Part shown: positions 11,103 through 19,727 of the stretch, piece by piece
How the letters are laid out: each line of letters opens with the position of its first letter
Position numbering within the stretch: position 1 is the first letter of the stretch
DNA from: Chromatiales bacterium
Lineage (GTDB): Bacteria; Pseudomonadota; Gammaproteobacteria; Ectothiorhodospirales; Ectothiorhodospiraceae
NCBI GenBank assembly: GCA_028695255.1
Contig: JAQVJI010000001.1
Span: 4,840-68,839, forward strand
DNA: 64,000 nucleotides
Reading direction: 5' to 3'
Program-made: the position numbers and the translations under genes
Notes under the pieces: model-generated
The model's database searches: none
What the model was told of the DNA's origin: nothing
Seen by the model: the letters and a program-made list of their open reading frames with translations, nothing else

Positions 11103-11567
11103 TCAGGCCGGTGCGGTGAATAGCCAGAAATAGCCGGCGTTGTAGAACATATGCAGGACGATTGCCGGCAGCAGGTGATCGTAACGCTCGCGGAAATGGC
11201 CGAACAGCAGGCTTGGCGCGATCACCGCCAGCGCCCAGTACCACTGATGGTTGATCAGATGGAGCGCGACAAACGCGATGCTGGTGACGACGTTCGCGAT
11301 CGTCAGGCCGACGAGGCGCCGTCTTCCGAAGCTGCGTTTCAGCAGCGTGCCCTGGATCAGGCCGCGGAATACGATTTCTTCCAGCACTGGATAGATCAGG
11401 ACTGCCAGCACGAAGGCGAAAGGTACGCGCAATGGCCAGTCGGGCTCGGTCCATGCGGGCTGGATGCCGGCGAGCGCCAACCAGAACAGACAGCCGCCGA
11501 GAATGGCGGCGAGGAACTGGGGGTCGTGTATCAGGTCGTCGAGGGGACGCGTCGATGCTGCGTTCAT
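11103..11567 (-). CDS. CPBP family intramembrane glutamic endopeptidase (CAAX protease-like)
   Basis: ATG at 11567, the C-terminal 154 aa of the artefactual 1247-aa track ORF. Carries the EEIVFRG motif, then FVALHL and HMFYN in hydrophobic segments, the CPBP motif set. Confidence 0.75.
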   Translation of the reverse strand: MNAASTRPLDDLIHDPQFLAAILGGCLFWLALAGIQPAWTEPDWPLRVPFAFVLAVLIYPVLEEIVFRGLIQGTLLKRSFGRRRLVGLTIANVVTSIAFVALHLINHQWYWALAVIAPSLLFGHFRERYDHLLPAIVLHMFYNAGYFWLFTAPA

Positions 11568-11602
11568 GCGCGATCGGCCCGGTCGGGACGGCGGGTCTTC
11601 TC

Positions 11603-11611
11603 TGCTACAAT
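11603..11611 (+). promoter_or_regulatory. candidate extended -10 promoter element (TGCTACAAT) just upstream of aroC
   Basis: TGnTACAAT at 11603-11611. The aroC ATG is at 11619, so a start site about 7 nt downstream would give a leaderless or near-leaderless mRNA. No good -35. Confidence 0.3.
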
Positions 11612-11618
11612 GCGCCGC

Positions 11619-12725
11619 ATGTCCGGCAATACCATCGGCAAGCTGTTCACGGTCACTTCCTTCGGCGAGAGTCATGGGCCTGCCATCGGCTGCATCGTCG
11701 ATGGTTGTCCGCCCGGTATGGCGCTGTCGGAGGCGGATATCCAGCAGGATCTGGAGCGCCGCCGTCCCGGCAAGAGCCGCCACACGACGCAGCGGCGTGA
11801 GCCCGACGAGGTACAGATCCTGTCCGGCGTGTTCGAAGGCCGTACCACCGGCACGCCGATCGGCCTCATTATTCACAACGTCGATCAGCGCTCCAAGGAT
11901 TACTCGGACATCGCCGAGCGCTTCCGGCCAGGGCATGCCGACTATACCTATTTTCGCAAGTACGGCTTCCGTGACTATCGTGGCGGCGGACGCAGTTCGG
12001 CGCGTGAGACGGCGATGCGCGTCGCTGCCGGCGCCATCGCGAAGAAATGGTTGAGCGAACGCCATGGTGTGCTGATCCGTGGCTATCTCGCCCAGCTCGG
12101 CCACATTTCCTGCGATCTCGTCGATTGGGACGAGATCGAAAACAATCCGTTCTTCTGTCCCGATCCCGCCAGGGTGGCCGAACTGGAGACGTACATGGAT
12201 GCACTGCGCCGTGAGGGCAACTCCGTCGGCGCGCGCATCAACGTCGTCGCCGAGGGCGTGCCGCCCGGATGGGGCGAACCGATCTTCGACCGGCTCGATG
12301 CCGACATCGCCCACGCGATGATGGGCATCAACGCCGTCAAGGCGGTGGAGATCGGTGCCGGTTTCGCGTGCGTGGAACAGAAGGGCACCGAGCATCGCGA
12401 CGAAATCACGCCCGACGGTTTTCTGTCCAATCACGCCGGCGGCGTGCTGGGCGGCATTTCGAGCGGTCAGGACGTCCTGGTCAGCATCGCGCTCAAGCCG
12501 ACGTCGAGCATTCGAGTGCCGGGCCGCAGCGTGAACACGCGCGGCGAGTCCGTCGAGGTAGTGACCGAGGGACGCCACGATCCCTGTGTCGGCATTCGCG
12601 CCACGCCGATCGCCGAGGCGATGCTGGCCATCGTGCTGATGGATCACGCGCTGCGCCATCGGGCACAGAACGCCGACGTGCAGATCGAGGTGCCGGCCAT
12701 TCCGGGCAAGGCCGGCGGCGTCTGA
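11619..12725 (+). CDS. aroC: chorismate synthase
   Basis: [33 protein letters not shown]...[24 protein letters not shown]...[22 protein letters not shown] is collinear with E. coli AroC. The track ORF 11151.. is an N-terminal over-extension. Confidence 0.95.
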   Translation: MSGNTIGKLFTVTSFGESHGPAIGCIVDGCPPGMALSEADIQQDLERRRPGKSRHTTQRREPDEVQILSGVFEGRTTGTPIGLIIHNVDQRSKDYSDIAERFRPGHADYTYFRKYGFRDYRGGGRSSARETAMRVAAGAIAKKWLSERHGVLIRGYLAQLGHISCDLVDWDEIENNPFFCPDPARVAELETYMDALRREGNSVGARINVVAEGVPPGWGEPIFDRLDADIAHAMMGINAVKAVEIGAGFACVEQKGTEHRDEITPDGFLSNHAGGVLGGISSGQDVLVSIALKPTSSIRVPGRSVNTRGESVEVVTEGRHDPCVGIRATPIAEAMLAIVLMDHALRHRAQNADVQIEVPAIPGKAGGV

Positions 12726-12791
12726 TCGGCCCACATCGTTCGCCTTGCGGGCGTCTGCCGCGCCTGCCGCATAATCGCCGCGCCTGACCAC

Positions 12792-13952
12792 ATGCCCACA
12801 CCTGCCGATCGTCTGTACTGGAAGCTTTCGAGTTTCTACCTGTTCTTTTTCGCCAGCGTCGGCGCCTTCGTGCCCTACTGGGGGCTTTACCTCAAGGAAA
12901 CAGGTTATTCGCCGGCGCAGATCGGCGAACTGATGGCAGTGGTGATGGCGACCAAGATCGTCGCCCCCAACGTGTGGGGCTGGATCGCCGATCACTTTGG
13001 ACACCGGACCCTGATCATCCGTCTCGGCGCACTGGCGGCGCTGCTGTGCTTTGCCGGCGTCACGCTGGTCAGCGGCTATTGGTGGCTGGCCGCGGTGCTG
13101 GCGACGTTCAGCTTCTTCTGGCATGCGGTGCTGCCGCAGTTCGAGGCCGTCACCATGACCCACCTGGGCGACGGTACGCATCGCTACAGCCACATCCGGC
13201 TGTGGGGTTCGGTGGGTTTCATCATCGCCGTCGCCGCGCTCGCGCCGCTGTTTCAGGCGTTCGGCGTCATGCTGCTGCCGTGGGTGGTGCTGCTGTTGCT
13301 CGCGCTGGTGCTGTCGAGCAGTTTCCTGGTCGAGGACCGCGCACTGCCGGCGACGACCGCGGCGGCGCCAGGCATCCTGCGCACGCTCACCAGCCCGGCC
13401 ATCCTGTGGCTCATGGCGGCCTGTTTTCTGATGCAGGCGAGTCACGGTCCGTACTACACCTTCCTCACCATCTATCTGGAGGGCGAGGGCTATTCGCGCA
13501 GCCTGGTGGGCCAGTTGTGGGCGCTCGGCGTCATCGCCGAGGTCGGGGTGTTCCTGATGATGCACCGCTGGCTGCCGCGCTTCGGGGCCTGGCCGCTGCT
13601 GATGACCGCAATCGGCATCACGGCGTTGCGCTGGGTGTTGATCGCGCTGTACGCCGATGTCCTGCCGGTATTGATCTTCGCGCAGACCCTGCACGCGGCG
13701 AGCTACGGGCTGTATCACGCCTCGGCGATCGATCTGGTGCATCGCCTGTTTCCGGGTCGCCAGCAGGGTCGCGGGCAGGCCCTGTATTCGTCCATGAGCT
13801 TCGGTCTGGGCGGTGCCGTCGGCAGCCTCATGGCGGGCTATGCCTGGACCGCGTTCGGCGGCACCGGCTCCTATCTGGCCGCCGCGGGGCTGGCGTCGTT
13901 CGGGCTCGCCGCCGCATGGCGGGGGGCGCGGAGCGATCAGGCGCGGGTGTGA
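12792..13952 (+). CDS. MFS transporter (HcaT / MFS_1-like type)
   Basis: 386 aa with about 12 hydrophobic segments. The N-terminus YWKLSSFYLFFFASVGAFVPYWGLYLKETGYSPAQIG resembles the phenylpropionate-permease-like MFS subgroup. Substrate unknown. Confidence 0.7.
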   Translation: MPTPADRLYWKLSSFYLFFFASVGAFVPYWGLYLKETGYSPAQIGELMAVVMATKIVAPNVWGWIADHFGHRTLIIRLGALAALLCFAGVTLVSGYWWLAAVLATFSFFWHAVLPQFEAVTMTHLGDGTHRYSHIRLWGSVGFIIAVAALAPLFQAFGVMLLPWVVLLLLALVLSSSFLVEDRALPATTAAAPGILRTLTSPAILWLMAACFLMQASHGPYYTFLTIYLEGEGYSRSLVGQLWALGVIAEVGVFLMMHRWLPRFGAWPLLMTAIGITALRWVLIALYADVLPVLIFAQTLHAASYGLYHASAIDLVHRLFPGRQQGRGQALYSSMSFGLGGAVGSLMAGYAWTAFGGTGSYLAAAGLASFGLAAAWRGARSDQARV

Positions 13953-14806
13953 GTCGCGAGCAGTGCGAGCATCGCGGTGGCGGCGTTGGAGAGCGAACGC
14001 GCGCGATGCACGACGCTGCCGAGCGCGCGTGACAGCGCGATACCCCGGATCGGCACCGCCACCAGTTCCGGGTTCAGCATCGTGCGCGGCAGGACGCTCC
14101 AGCCGAGCCCGATCGACACCATCATGCGGATGGTCTCCAGGTAGTTCGTTTCCATCGCGACCTGCGGCCGTACACCGGCCGCCGTGAGTGCCTGTACCAC
14201 GATGCCGCGCGTGAACGTGCCCTCGGCCGGGAGAATCGCGGGGTGTTGCGCCAGCACCTCGATGCGTCGCGTGGATGCCGCCGGATGATCCGGCGCCGCG
14301 ACGAATACCAGCGGGTCGTCCCACACGACGCGGGTGATCACGTTCGCCGACGGCGCCTGCGGCAGCGTGACCACGGCGAGTTCCAGCGTACCCTGTTCGA
14401 CCGCGCGGCAGGCCTCCTCGGAGTCCATGAAGCGAATGTCGAGTTCCACCTGCGGATAGCGTTCGGTGTAATGCCGCAGCAGCGGCGGCAGGCGATGCAA
14501 TCCGATGTGGTGCGAGGTTCCGAAGCGCAGCGTGCCGCCCACGTCGCCCGCCAAATCTTCCAGTGCGCGCCGACCGGCCCGCATGGCGTCCAGCGCCTGG
14601 CGGGCGTGAGGCAGCAGCGCCCGCCCGGCCTCGGTCACGCCCACCAGACGGCCGATGCGGTCGAACAGCCGCTGATCGAGCTCGTCTTCGAGTGCCGCGA
14701 TACGCTTGCTGACGGCCGGCTGCGTCAGGTGCAGGCGTTCGGCGGCAAGCGAGAAGGACGCCGTTTCCGCCACGGCGAGGAAGGCTTCGATCTGGGCGAT
14801 GTCCAT
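13937..14806 (-). CDS. LysR-family transcriptional regulator, divergent from leuC
   Basis: [40 protein letters not shown] is an LTTR helix-turn-helix. Start taken at the internal ATG 14806; the track start is 14833. Confidence 0.85.
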   Translation of the reverse strand: MDIAQIEAFLAVAETASFSLAAERLHLTQPAVSKRIAALEDELDQRLFDRIGRLVGVTEAGRALLPHARQALDAMRAGRRALEDLAGDVGGTLRFGTSHHIGLHRLPPLLRHYTERYPQVELDIRFMDSEEACRAVEQGTLELAVVTLPQAPSANVITRVVWDDPLVFVAAPDHPAASTRRIEVLAQHPAILPAEGTFTRGIVVQALTAAGVRPQVAMETNYLETIRMMVSIGLGWSVLPRTMLNPELVAVPIRGIALSRALGSVVHRARSLSNAATAMLALLATHTRA

Positions 14807-14837
14807 GCGTATGATTCCGATATGGAATGCCATCTAT

Positions 14838-14879
14838 GATAAACATGAATTTGTTTCATCGTCTGCCCGGTTTTATAGT
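14838..14879 (+). promoter_or_regulatory. candidate leuC promoter (TTGTTT-17-TATAGT) overlapped by an imperfect palindrome (possible LTTR operator)
   Basis: GATAAACATGAATTTGTTTCATC (14838-14860) has half sites GATAAACA / TGTTTCATC. The -35 TTGTTT lies at 14851-56 and the -10 TATAGT at 14874-79, with a 17-bp spacer, 31 nt before the leuC ATG. Confidence 0.4.
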
Positions 14880-14909
14880 CACCCCATCGCAGACGCAAAG
14901 GTGAAGACC

Positions 14910-16331
14910 ATGAGCGGACAGACCACGGGTGGGAAGACCCTCTACGACAAGATCTGGAATGCGCACGTCGTGCGCAGCGAGCCGGACGGCACGGCACTCA
15001 TCTACATCGATCGCCAGCTGGTGCACGAGGTGACGAGTCCGCAGGCCTTCGAGGGCCTGCGCATGGCCGGGCGCAAGCCCTGGCGCACGGCGGCGGTGCT
15101 GGCGGTGCCCGACCATAATGTGCCGACCACCGACCGTTCGCAGGGCATCGCCGATCCGGTCTCGCGCGAGCAGGTGGAGACGCTCGACGCCAACTGCCAG
15201 GCCTTCGGCATCACCGAGTTCAGGATGAACGACATCCGCCAGGGCATCGTGCACGTCATCGGCCCCGAGGCGGGCTTCACCCTGCCCGGCACGACCATCG
15301 TCTGCGGCGACTCGCACACCTCCACGCACGGCGCCTTCGGCGCGCTGGCCTTCGGTATCGGCACCTCCGAGGTCGAGCACGTGCTCGCCACGCAATGTCT
15401 GTTGCAGAAGAAGTCGAAGAGCATGCTGGTCGAGGTCAGGGGCCGGGTCGGCCCGGGCGTGACCGCCAAGGACATCGTGCTCGCCATCATCGGCGAGATC
15501 GGTACTGCGGGCGGCACGGGCTACGCGATCGAATTCGGCGGCGAGGCGATCCGCGCGCTGTCGATGGAAGGCCGCATGACCGTCTGCAACATGGCCATCG
15601 AGGCCGGTGCGCGCGCGGGCATGGTGGCGGTGGACGAGACCACCGTCGAGTACGTGCAGGGTCGTCCCTATACGCCGACGGGCGACATGTGGGACCAGGC
15701 GGTGGCGGCCTGGTTCGATCTCCGTAGCGACGACGACGCCAGATTCGACCGCGTCGTGACCATCGACGCCGTGGCCATCCGGCCGCAGGTCACCTGGGGC
15801 ACGTCTCCCGAAATGGTGTTGCCGGTGGATGCGCGCGTGCCCGATCCGGCGCAGGAAAAGGATGAGGTGAAGGCAAATGGTATGCGCCGTGCACTGGAAT
15901 ACATGGGCTTGAAGCCGGGCATGGCGATCAGCGACATCGCCGTCGACAAGGTGTTCATCGGCTCCTGCACCAACTCGCGTATCGAGGATCTGCGCGCGGC
16001 GGCGGCCGTCGTGAAGGGTCGGAAGAAGGCCGGCAACGTCAAGCTCGCGATGGTCGTGCCGGGCTCCGGTCTGGTGAAGCAGCAGGCCGAGCAGGAAGGC
16101 CTCGACAGGATTTTCCTCGAAGCGGGATTCGAATGGCGCGAACCGGGTTGCTCCATGTGCCTGGCCATGAACGCCGACCGTCTCGAACCCGGCGAGCGCT
16201 GCGCCTCGACCTCCAACCGCAATTTCGAGGGCCGGCAGGGGCAGGGTGGACGCACGCATCTGGTCAGCCCGGCGATGGCGGCGGCGGCCGGGGTGGCAGG
16301 GCACTTCATCGATGTCTGTGATTTGAAATGA
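14910..16331 (+). CDS. leuC: 3-isopropylmalate dehydratase large subunit
   Basis: ATG 14910 within the track [24 protein letters not shown]..., with Fe-S ligand motifs [18 protein letters not shown] and CSMCLAMN. Confidence 0.96.
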   Translation: MSGQTTGGKTLYDKIWNAHVVRSEPDGTALIYIDRQLVHEVTSPQAFEGLRMAGRKPWRTAAVLAVPDHNVPTTDRSQGIADPVSREQVETLDANCQAFGITEFRMNDIRQGIVHVIGPEAGFTLPGTTIVCGDSHTSTHGAFGALAFGIGTSEVEHVLATQCLLQKKSKSMLVEVRGRVGPGVTAKDIVLAIIGEIGTAGGTGYAIEFGGEAIRALSMEGRMTVCNMAIEAGARAGMVAVDETTVEYVQGRPYTPTGDMWDQAVAAWFDLRSDDDARFDRVVTIDAVAIRPQVTWGTSPEMVLPVDARVPDPAQEKDEVKANGMRRALEYMGLKPGMAISDIAVDKVFIGSCTNSRIEDLRAAAAVVKGRKKAGNVKLAMVVPGSGLVKQQAEQEGLDRIFLEAGFEWREPGCSMCLAMNADRLEPGERCASTSNRNFEGRQGQGGRTHLVSPAMAAAAGVAGHFIDVCDLK

Positions 16332-16336
16332 TCTTG

Positions 16337-16401
16337 GCCACAGAGGACACAGAGCGAAAATATGCCTTTCTTTTCTCTGTGATCGCTGTGTCCGCTGTGG
16401 C
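16337..16401. repeat. REP-like imperfect palindrome (CACAGAG family) in the leuC-leuD spacer
   Basis: GCCACAGAGGACACAGAGCGAAAA ... TTTTCTCTGTGATCGCTGTGTCCGCTGTGGC. The arms are imperfect reverse complements, and the same GCCNCAGAGG-CAC-CACAGAG words recur at 17068 and 18367. Confidence 0.75.
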
Positions 16402-16422
16402 AAACAGAAAAAGGTTCAAGCT

Positions 16423-17061
16423 ATGCGCAAATTCGAAACGATGACCGGCAAGGTGGTGCCGATGGATCGTCCCAACGTGGACACCGACGCCATCATTCCC
16501 AAACAGTATCTCAAGTCCATCAAGCGCACCGGCTTCGGCGTCACGCTGTTCGACGACTGGCGTTATCTCGATCCGGGCGAACCGGGCATGGACCACGGCA
16601 AGCGTCGCGAGAATCCCGACTTCGTGCTCAACCAGCCGCGCTATCGGGGCGGGCAGATCCTGCTCGCGCGCAAGAACTTCGGCTGCGGTTCCTCGCGCGA
16701 GCATGCGGTGTGGGCGCTCGACGACTACGGCATCCGCGTCGTCATTGCGCCGAGCTTCGCCGACATCTTCTTCAACAACAGTTTCAAGAGCGGCCTGCTG
16801 CCGATCGTATTGCCGGAAGACGTGGTCGACCGGTTGTTTCAGGAGACCTTCGCCAGCGAAGGCTATGCGCTCACGGTCGATCTCGAAGCGCAGACCGTTG
16901 TCACGCCGTCCGGACAGGCGTACGCCTTCGAGGTCGACGAGTTTCGCAAGTACTGCCTGCTGAACGGCTTCGACGATATCGGCCTCACCCTGCGCCATGC
17001 CGACGAGATCCGTGCCTATGAGGCGCGCAGGGCACGGGAAGCACCGTGGTTGTTCAACTGA
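16423..17061 (+). CDS. leuD: 3-isopropylmalate dehydratase small subunit
   Basis: 212 aa, ...[21 protein letters not shown]...[15 protein letters not shown]...; LeuD pattern, follows leuC. Confidence 0.95.
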   Translation: MRKFETMTGKVVPMDRPNVDTDAIIPKQYLKSIKRTGFGVTLFDDWRYLDPGEPGMDHGKRRENPDFVLNQPRYRGGQILLARKNFGCGSSREHAVWALDDYGIRVVIAPSFADIFFNNSFKSGLLPIVLPEDVVDRLFQETFASEGYALTVDLEAQTVVTPSGQAYAFEVDEFRKYCLLNGFDDIGLTLRHADEIRAYEARRAREAPWLFN

Positions 17062-17067
17062 GTCATT

Positions 17068-17146
17068 GCCACAGAGGGCACGGAGGGCACAGAGACGAGG
17101 ATCATCTCCTATCGTTTTCCTCTGTGAGCGCGGTGTCCTCTGCGGC
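17068..17146. repeat. REP-like imperfect palindrome (CACAGAG family) in the leuD-leuB spacer
   Basis: GCCACAGAGGGCACGGAGGGCACAGAGACGAGG ... CCTCTGTGAGCGCGGTGTCCTCTGCGGC, starting 7 nt after the leuD stop. Confidence 0.75.
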
Positions 17147-17173
17147 TGTTTGGTTTTTTCGGAGACGCAACAA

Positions 17174-18244
17174 ATGACAAAGAAAATTCTGGTACTGCCC
17201 GGCGACGGCATCGGTCCCGAGATCATGACCGAGGCGGTGAAGGTACTCGACCGGCTGCGCGCCGATGGGCTGTCGATCGAGATGGAACGGGGGCACATCG
17301 GCGGCGCGGGTTACGATGCGGCCGGCAAGCCGCTGCCGGATGAGACACTGCGTCTGGCCCGGGAGGCCGATGCGGTGCTGCTCGGCGCCGTTGGTGGGCC
17401 GCAGTACGATACGCTGCCGCGCGAGTCGCGGCCGGAACGCGGGTTGCTCGGTATTCGCTCGGCGCTGGGGCTGTTTTCCAATCTGCGCCCGGCGCTGTTG
17501 TACCCGCAGCTCGTGCATGCCTCCACGCTCAAGCCGGAAGTGGTCAGCGGCCTCGACATCATGATCGTGCGCGAGCTGACGGGTTCGATCTATTTCGGGC
17601 AGCCGCGCGGCATCCGCACGCGCGAGGACGGCGTGCGCGAAGGCTTCAACACCATGATCTATTCGGAGCCCGAGATCGAGCGTATCGCGAGAAGCGCCTT
17701 CGACATCGCGATGAAACGTGATCGCAAGCTCTGTTCGGTGGACAAGGCCAACGTGCTCGAGGTCTCCGAGTTGTGGCGCGAAGTGGTCGTTCGCGTCGCC
17801 AAGGATTATCCGCAGGTCGAGCTGTCGCACATGTACGTCGACAACGCCGCGATGCAACTCGTGCGTGCGCCCAAGCAGTTCGACGTCATGGTGACCGACA
17901 ACATGTTCGGCGACATCCTGTCCGATGCCGCGTCCATGCTCACGGGCTCGATCGGCATGCTGCCGTCGGCCTCGCTCGACGCCAACGGCAAGGGCATGTA
18001 CGAACCGATTCACGGTTCCGCGCCCGACATCGCGGGCAAGGGCATGGCCAATCCGATGGCGACGATCCTGTCGGTCGCGATGCTGCTGCGCTACACGCTG
18101 AACGAGGCCGCGATGGCCGAACGTATCGAGGCGGCGGCATCGAAGGTGCTCGACCAGGGTCTGCGTACGGCGGACATCTACACCGAAGGCACGACGAAGG
18201 TCGGCACCGCGCAGATGGGCGATGCCATCGTCGCGGCACTGTGA
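17174..18244 (+). CDS. leuB: 3-isopropylmalate dehydrogenase
   Basis: ATG 17174 within the track [21 protein letters not shown]...NLRPA...[11 protein letters not shown]...[10 protein letters not shown]...; LeuB signature. Confidence 0.96.
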   Translation: MTKKILVLPGDGIGPEIMTEAVKVLDRLRADGLSIEMERGHIGGAGYDAAGKPLPDETLRLAREADAVLLGAVGGPQYDTLPRESRPERGLLGIRSALGLFSNLRPALLYPQLVHASTLKPEVVSGLDIMIVRELTGSIYFGQPRGIRTREDGVREGFNTMIYSEPEIERIARSAFDIAMKRDRKLCSVDKANVLEVSELWREVVVRVAKDYPQVELSHMYVDNAAMQLVRAPKQFDVMVTDNMFGDILSDAASMLTGSIGMLPSASLDANGKGMYEPIHGSAPDIAGKGMANPMATILSVAMLLRYTLNEAAMAERIEAAASKVLDQGLRTADIYTEGTTKVGTAQMGDAIVAAL

Positions 18245-18248
18245 AAAT

Positions 18249-18387
18249 GAGGAAAACGAACGTTCTCTCGCTGGGAACGCCGGGACGCGGGGAGAAAATC
18301 GATGCGATTTCGCTGTTATCGTCTTTCCCCGGCGTCCCGGCGCTCTCTGCGAGAGCAATCTCGTTTTCTCTGTGTCCTCGTGGCCAG
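18249..18387. repeat. long imperfect palindrome plus a CACAGAG half-unit in the leuB-asd spacer
   Basis: Arm 18249-18298 (GAGGAAAACGAACGTTCTCTCGC...CGCCGGGACGCGGGGAGAAAA) pairs imperfectly with 18322-18370. It is followed by TCTCTGTGTCCTCGTGGCC, a half of the REP word. Confidence 0.65.
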
Positions 18388-18410
18388 ATCGATTTTTTTG
18401 AGGTGATGAC

Positions 18411-19523
18411 ATGATGAAGGTGGGTTTTGTCGGCTGGCGCGGCATGGTGGGTTCTGTACTCATGGGCCGCATGCGCGAGGAAGGCGATTTCGATCTGATC
18501 GAGCCGGTGTTCTTCACCACCTCGAACGTGGGCGGGCAGGGGCCGGACATCGGTCGTGAGGTGCCGCCGCTCAAGGATGCGAAGGACATCGACGCGCTCA
18601 GTGCCATGGATGTCATCATTTCCTGCCAGGGCGGCGACTACACCGGCGAGGTGTTTCCGAAACTGCGTGCCGCGGGCTGGAGCGGTTACTGGATCGACGC
18701 CGCCTCGACGCTGCGCATGGACAAGGACGCGATCATCATCCTCGATCCGGTGAACCTGAACGTGATCCGCGACGGTCTCGCGCAAGGCGTGAAGAACTAC
18801 ATCGGCGGCAATTGCACCGTGTCGCTGATGCTGATGGCGCTCGGCGGGCTGTACGAGCGCGGCCTGGTCGAGTGGATGAGTGCCATGACCTATCAGGCCG
18901 CCTCCGGCGCCGGTGCGCAGAACATGCGCGAGCTGATCCGGCAGATGGGCTCGGTACACGGCGCGGTGAGCGATCTCCTCGCCGATCCGGCGAGCGCGAT
19001 CCTCGACATCGACCGCAAGGTGGCCGAACACATCCGTTCGAACGACTATCCGACCGACCATTTCGGCGTGCCGCTGGCCGGTTCGCTGATCCCCTGGATC
19101 GACAAGCAGCTCGACAACGGCCAGAGCCGCGAGGAATGGAAGGGGCAGGCCGAAACCAACAAGATCCTCGGCCGCGAAGCCGAGCCCGTCCCGGTCGACG
19201 GTCTGTGCGTGCGCATCGGCGCCATGCGCTGCCACAGTCAGGCACTGACCATCAAGTTGAAGCAGGACGTGCCGCTGGACGAGGTCGCGGACATCATCGC
19301 TGGTCACAATGCATGGGTGAAGGTCGTGCCCAATGAACGCGAAGTCACGATGCGCGAACTCACGCCTGCTGCCGTGACCGGCACCCTGAGCGTACCCGTC
19401 GGTCGTCTGCGCAAGATGAACATGGGGCCGGCCTACCTGACGGCGTTCACGGTGGGCGATCAGTTGCTGTGGGGCGCGGCCGAGCCGCTCAGGCGCATGT
19501 TACGCATCATCGTCGAGGCCTGA
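18411..19523 (+). CDS. asd: aspartate-semialdehyde dehydrogenase
   Basis: [21 protein letters not shown]...[13 protein letters not shown]... (active-site Cys). 370 aa, with RBS GAGGTG upstream. Confidence 0.95.
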   Translation: MMKVGFVGWRGMVGSVLMGRMREEGDFDLIEPVFFTTSNVGGQGPDIGREVPPLKDAKDIDALSAMDVIISCQGGDYTGEVFPKLRAAGWSGYWIDAASTLRMDKDAIIILDPVNLNVIRDGLAQGVKNYIGGNCTVSLMLMALGGLYERGLVEWMSAMTYQAASGAGAQNMRELIRQMGSVHGAVSDLLADPASAILDIDRKVAEHIRSNDYPTDHFGVPLAGSLIPWIDKQLDNGQSREEWKGQAETNKILGREAEPVPVDGLCVRIGAMRCHSQALTIKLKQDVPLDEVADIIAGHNAWVKVVPNEREVTMRELTPAAVTGTLSVPVGRLRKMNMGPAYLTAFTVGDQLLWGAAEPLRRMLRIIVEA

Positions 19524-19570
19524 ACGCTCCGGGATGGCCCTCGATGGCAAGGTAAGGGGCGGTTGAAATT

Positions 19571-19599
19571 TTGATAAAACAGTTTTCGTAATCTATAGT
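19571..19599 (+). promoter_or_regulatory. near-consensus sigma70 promoter upstream of fimV
   Basis: TTGATA (19571-76), a 17-bp spacer, then TATAGT (19594-99), in the only AT-rich patch of the asd-fimV spacer. It predicts a leader of about 120 nt containing two hairpins. Confidence 0.5.
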
Positions 19600-19727
19600 T
19601 ACGGCATATTATTAGAGTGGCTTTGTCAGAATGGGGCGCAGGCCGGACCGGCCGTGCCGCATTCTCTTGGGGGAACCCCGTCAGGATCGCGACTGACGGA
19701 CGCATAAAACCACGAGGATCTACCGCC

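Noticed and set aside
11103-14846. 1247-aa minus-strand ORF spanning aroC, the MFS gene and the LysR gene
   Set aside because: Only its last 154 aa (the CPBP protease) look like a real protein. The rest is Arg/Gly/Ala/Pro-rich low-complexity sequence: antisense to well-supported aroC and MFS genes and out of frame through the same-strand LysR gene. This is the typical GC-rich shadow ORF.
16337-18387. Possible CRISPR array, given the repeated CACAGAG-containing words
   Set aside because: The units are inverted pairs separated by whole genes rather than direct repeats with regular 25-40-bp spacers, and no cas genes are present.
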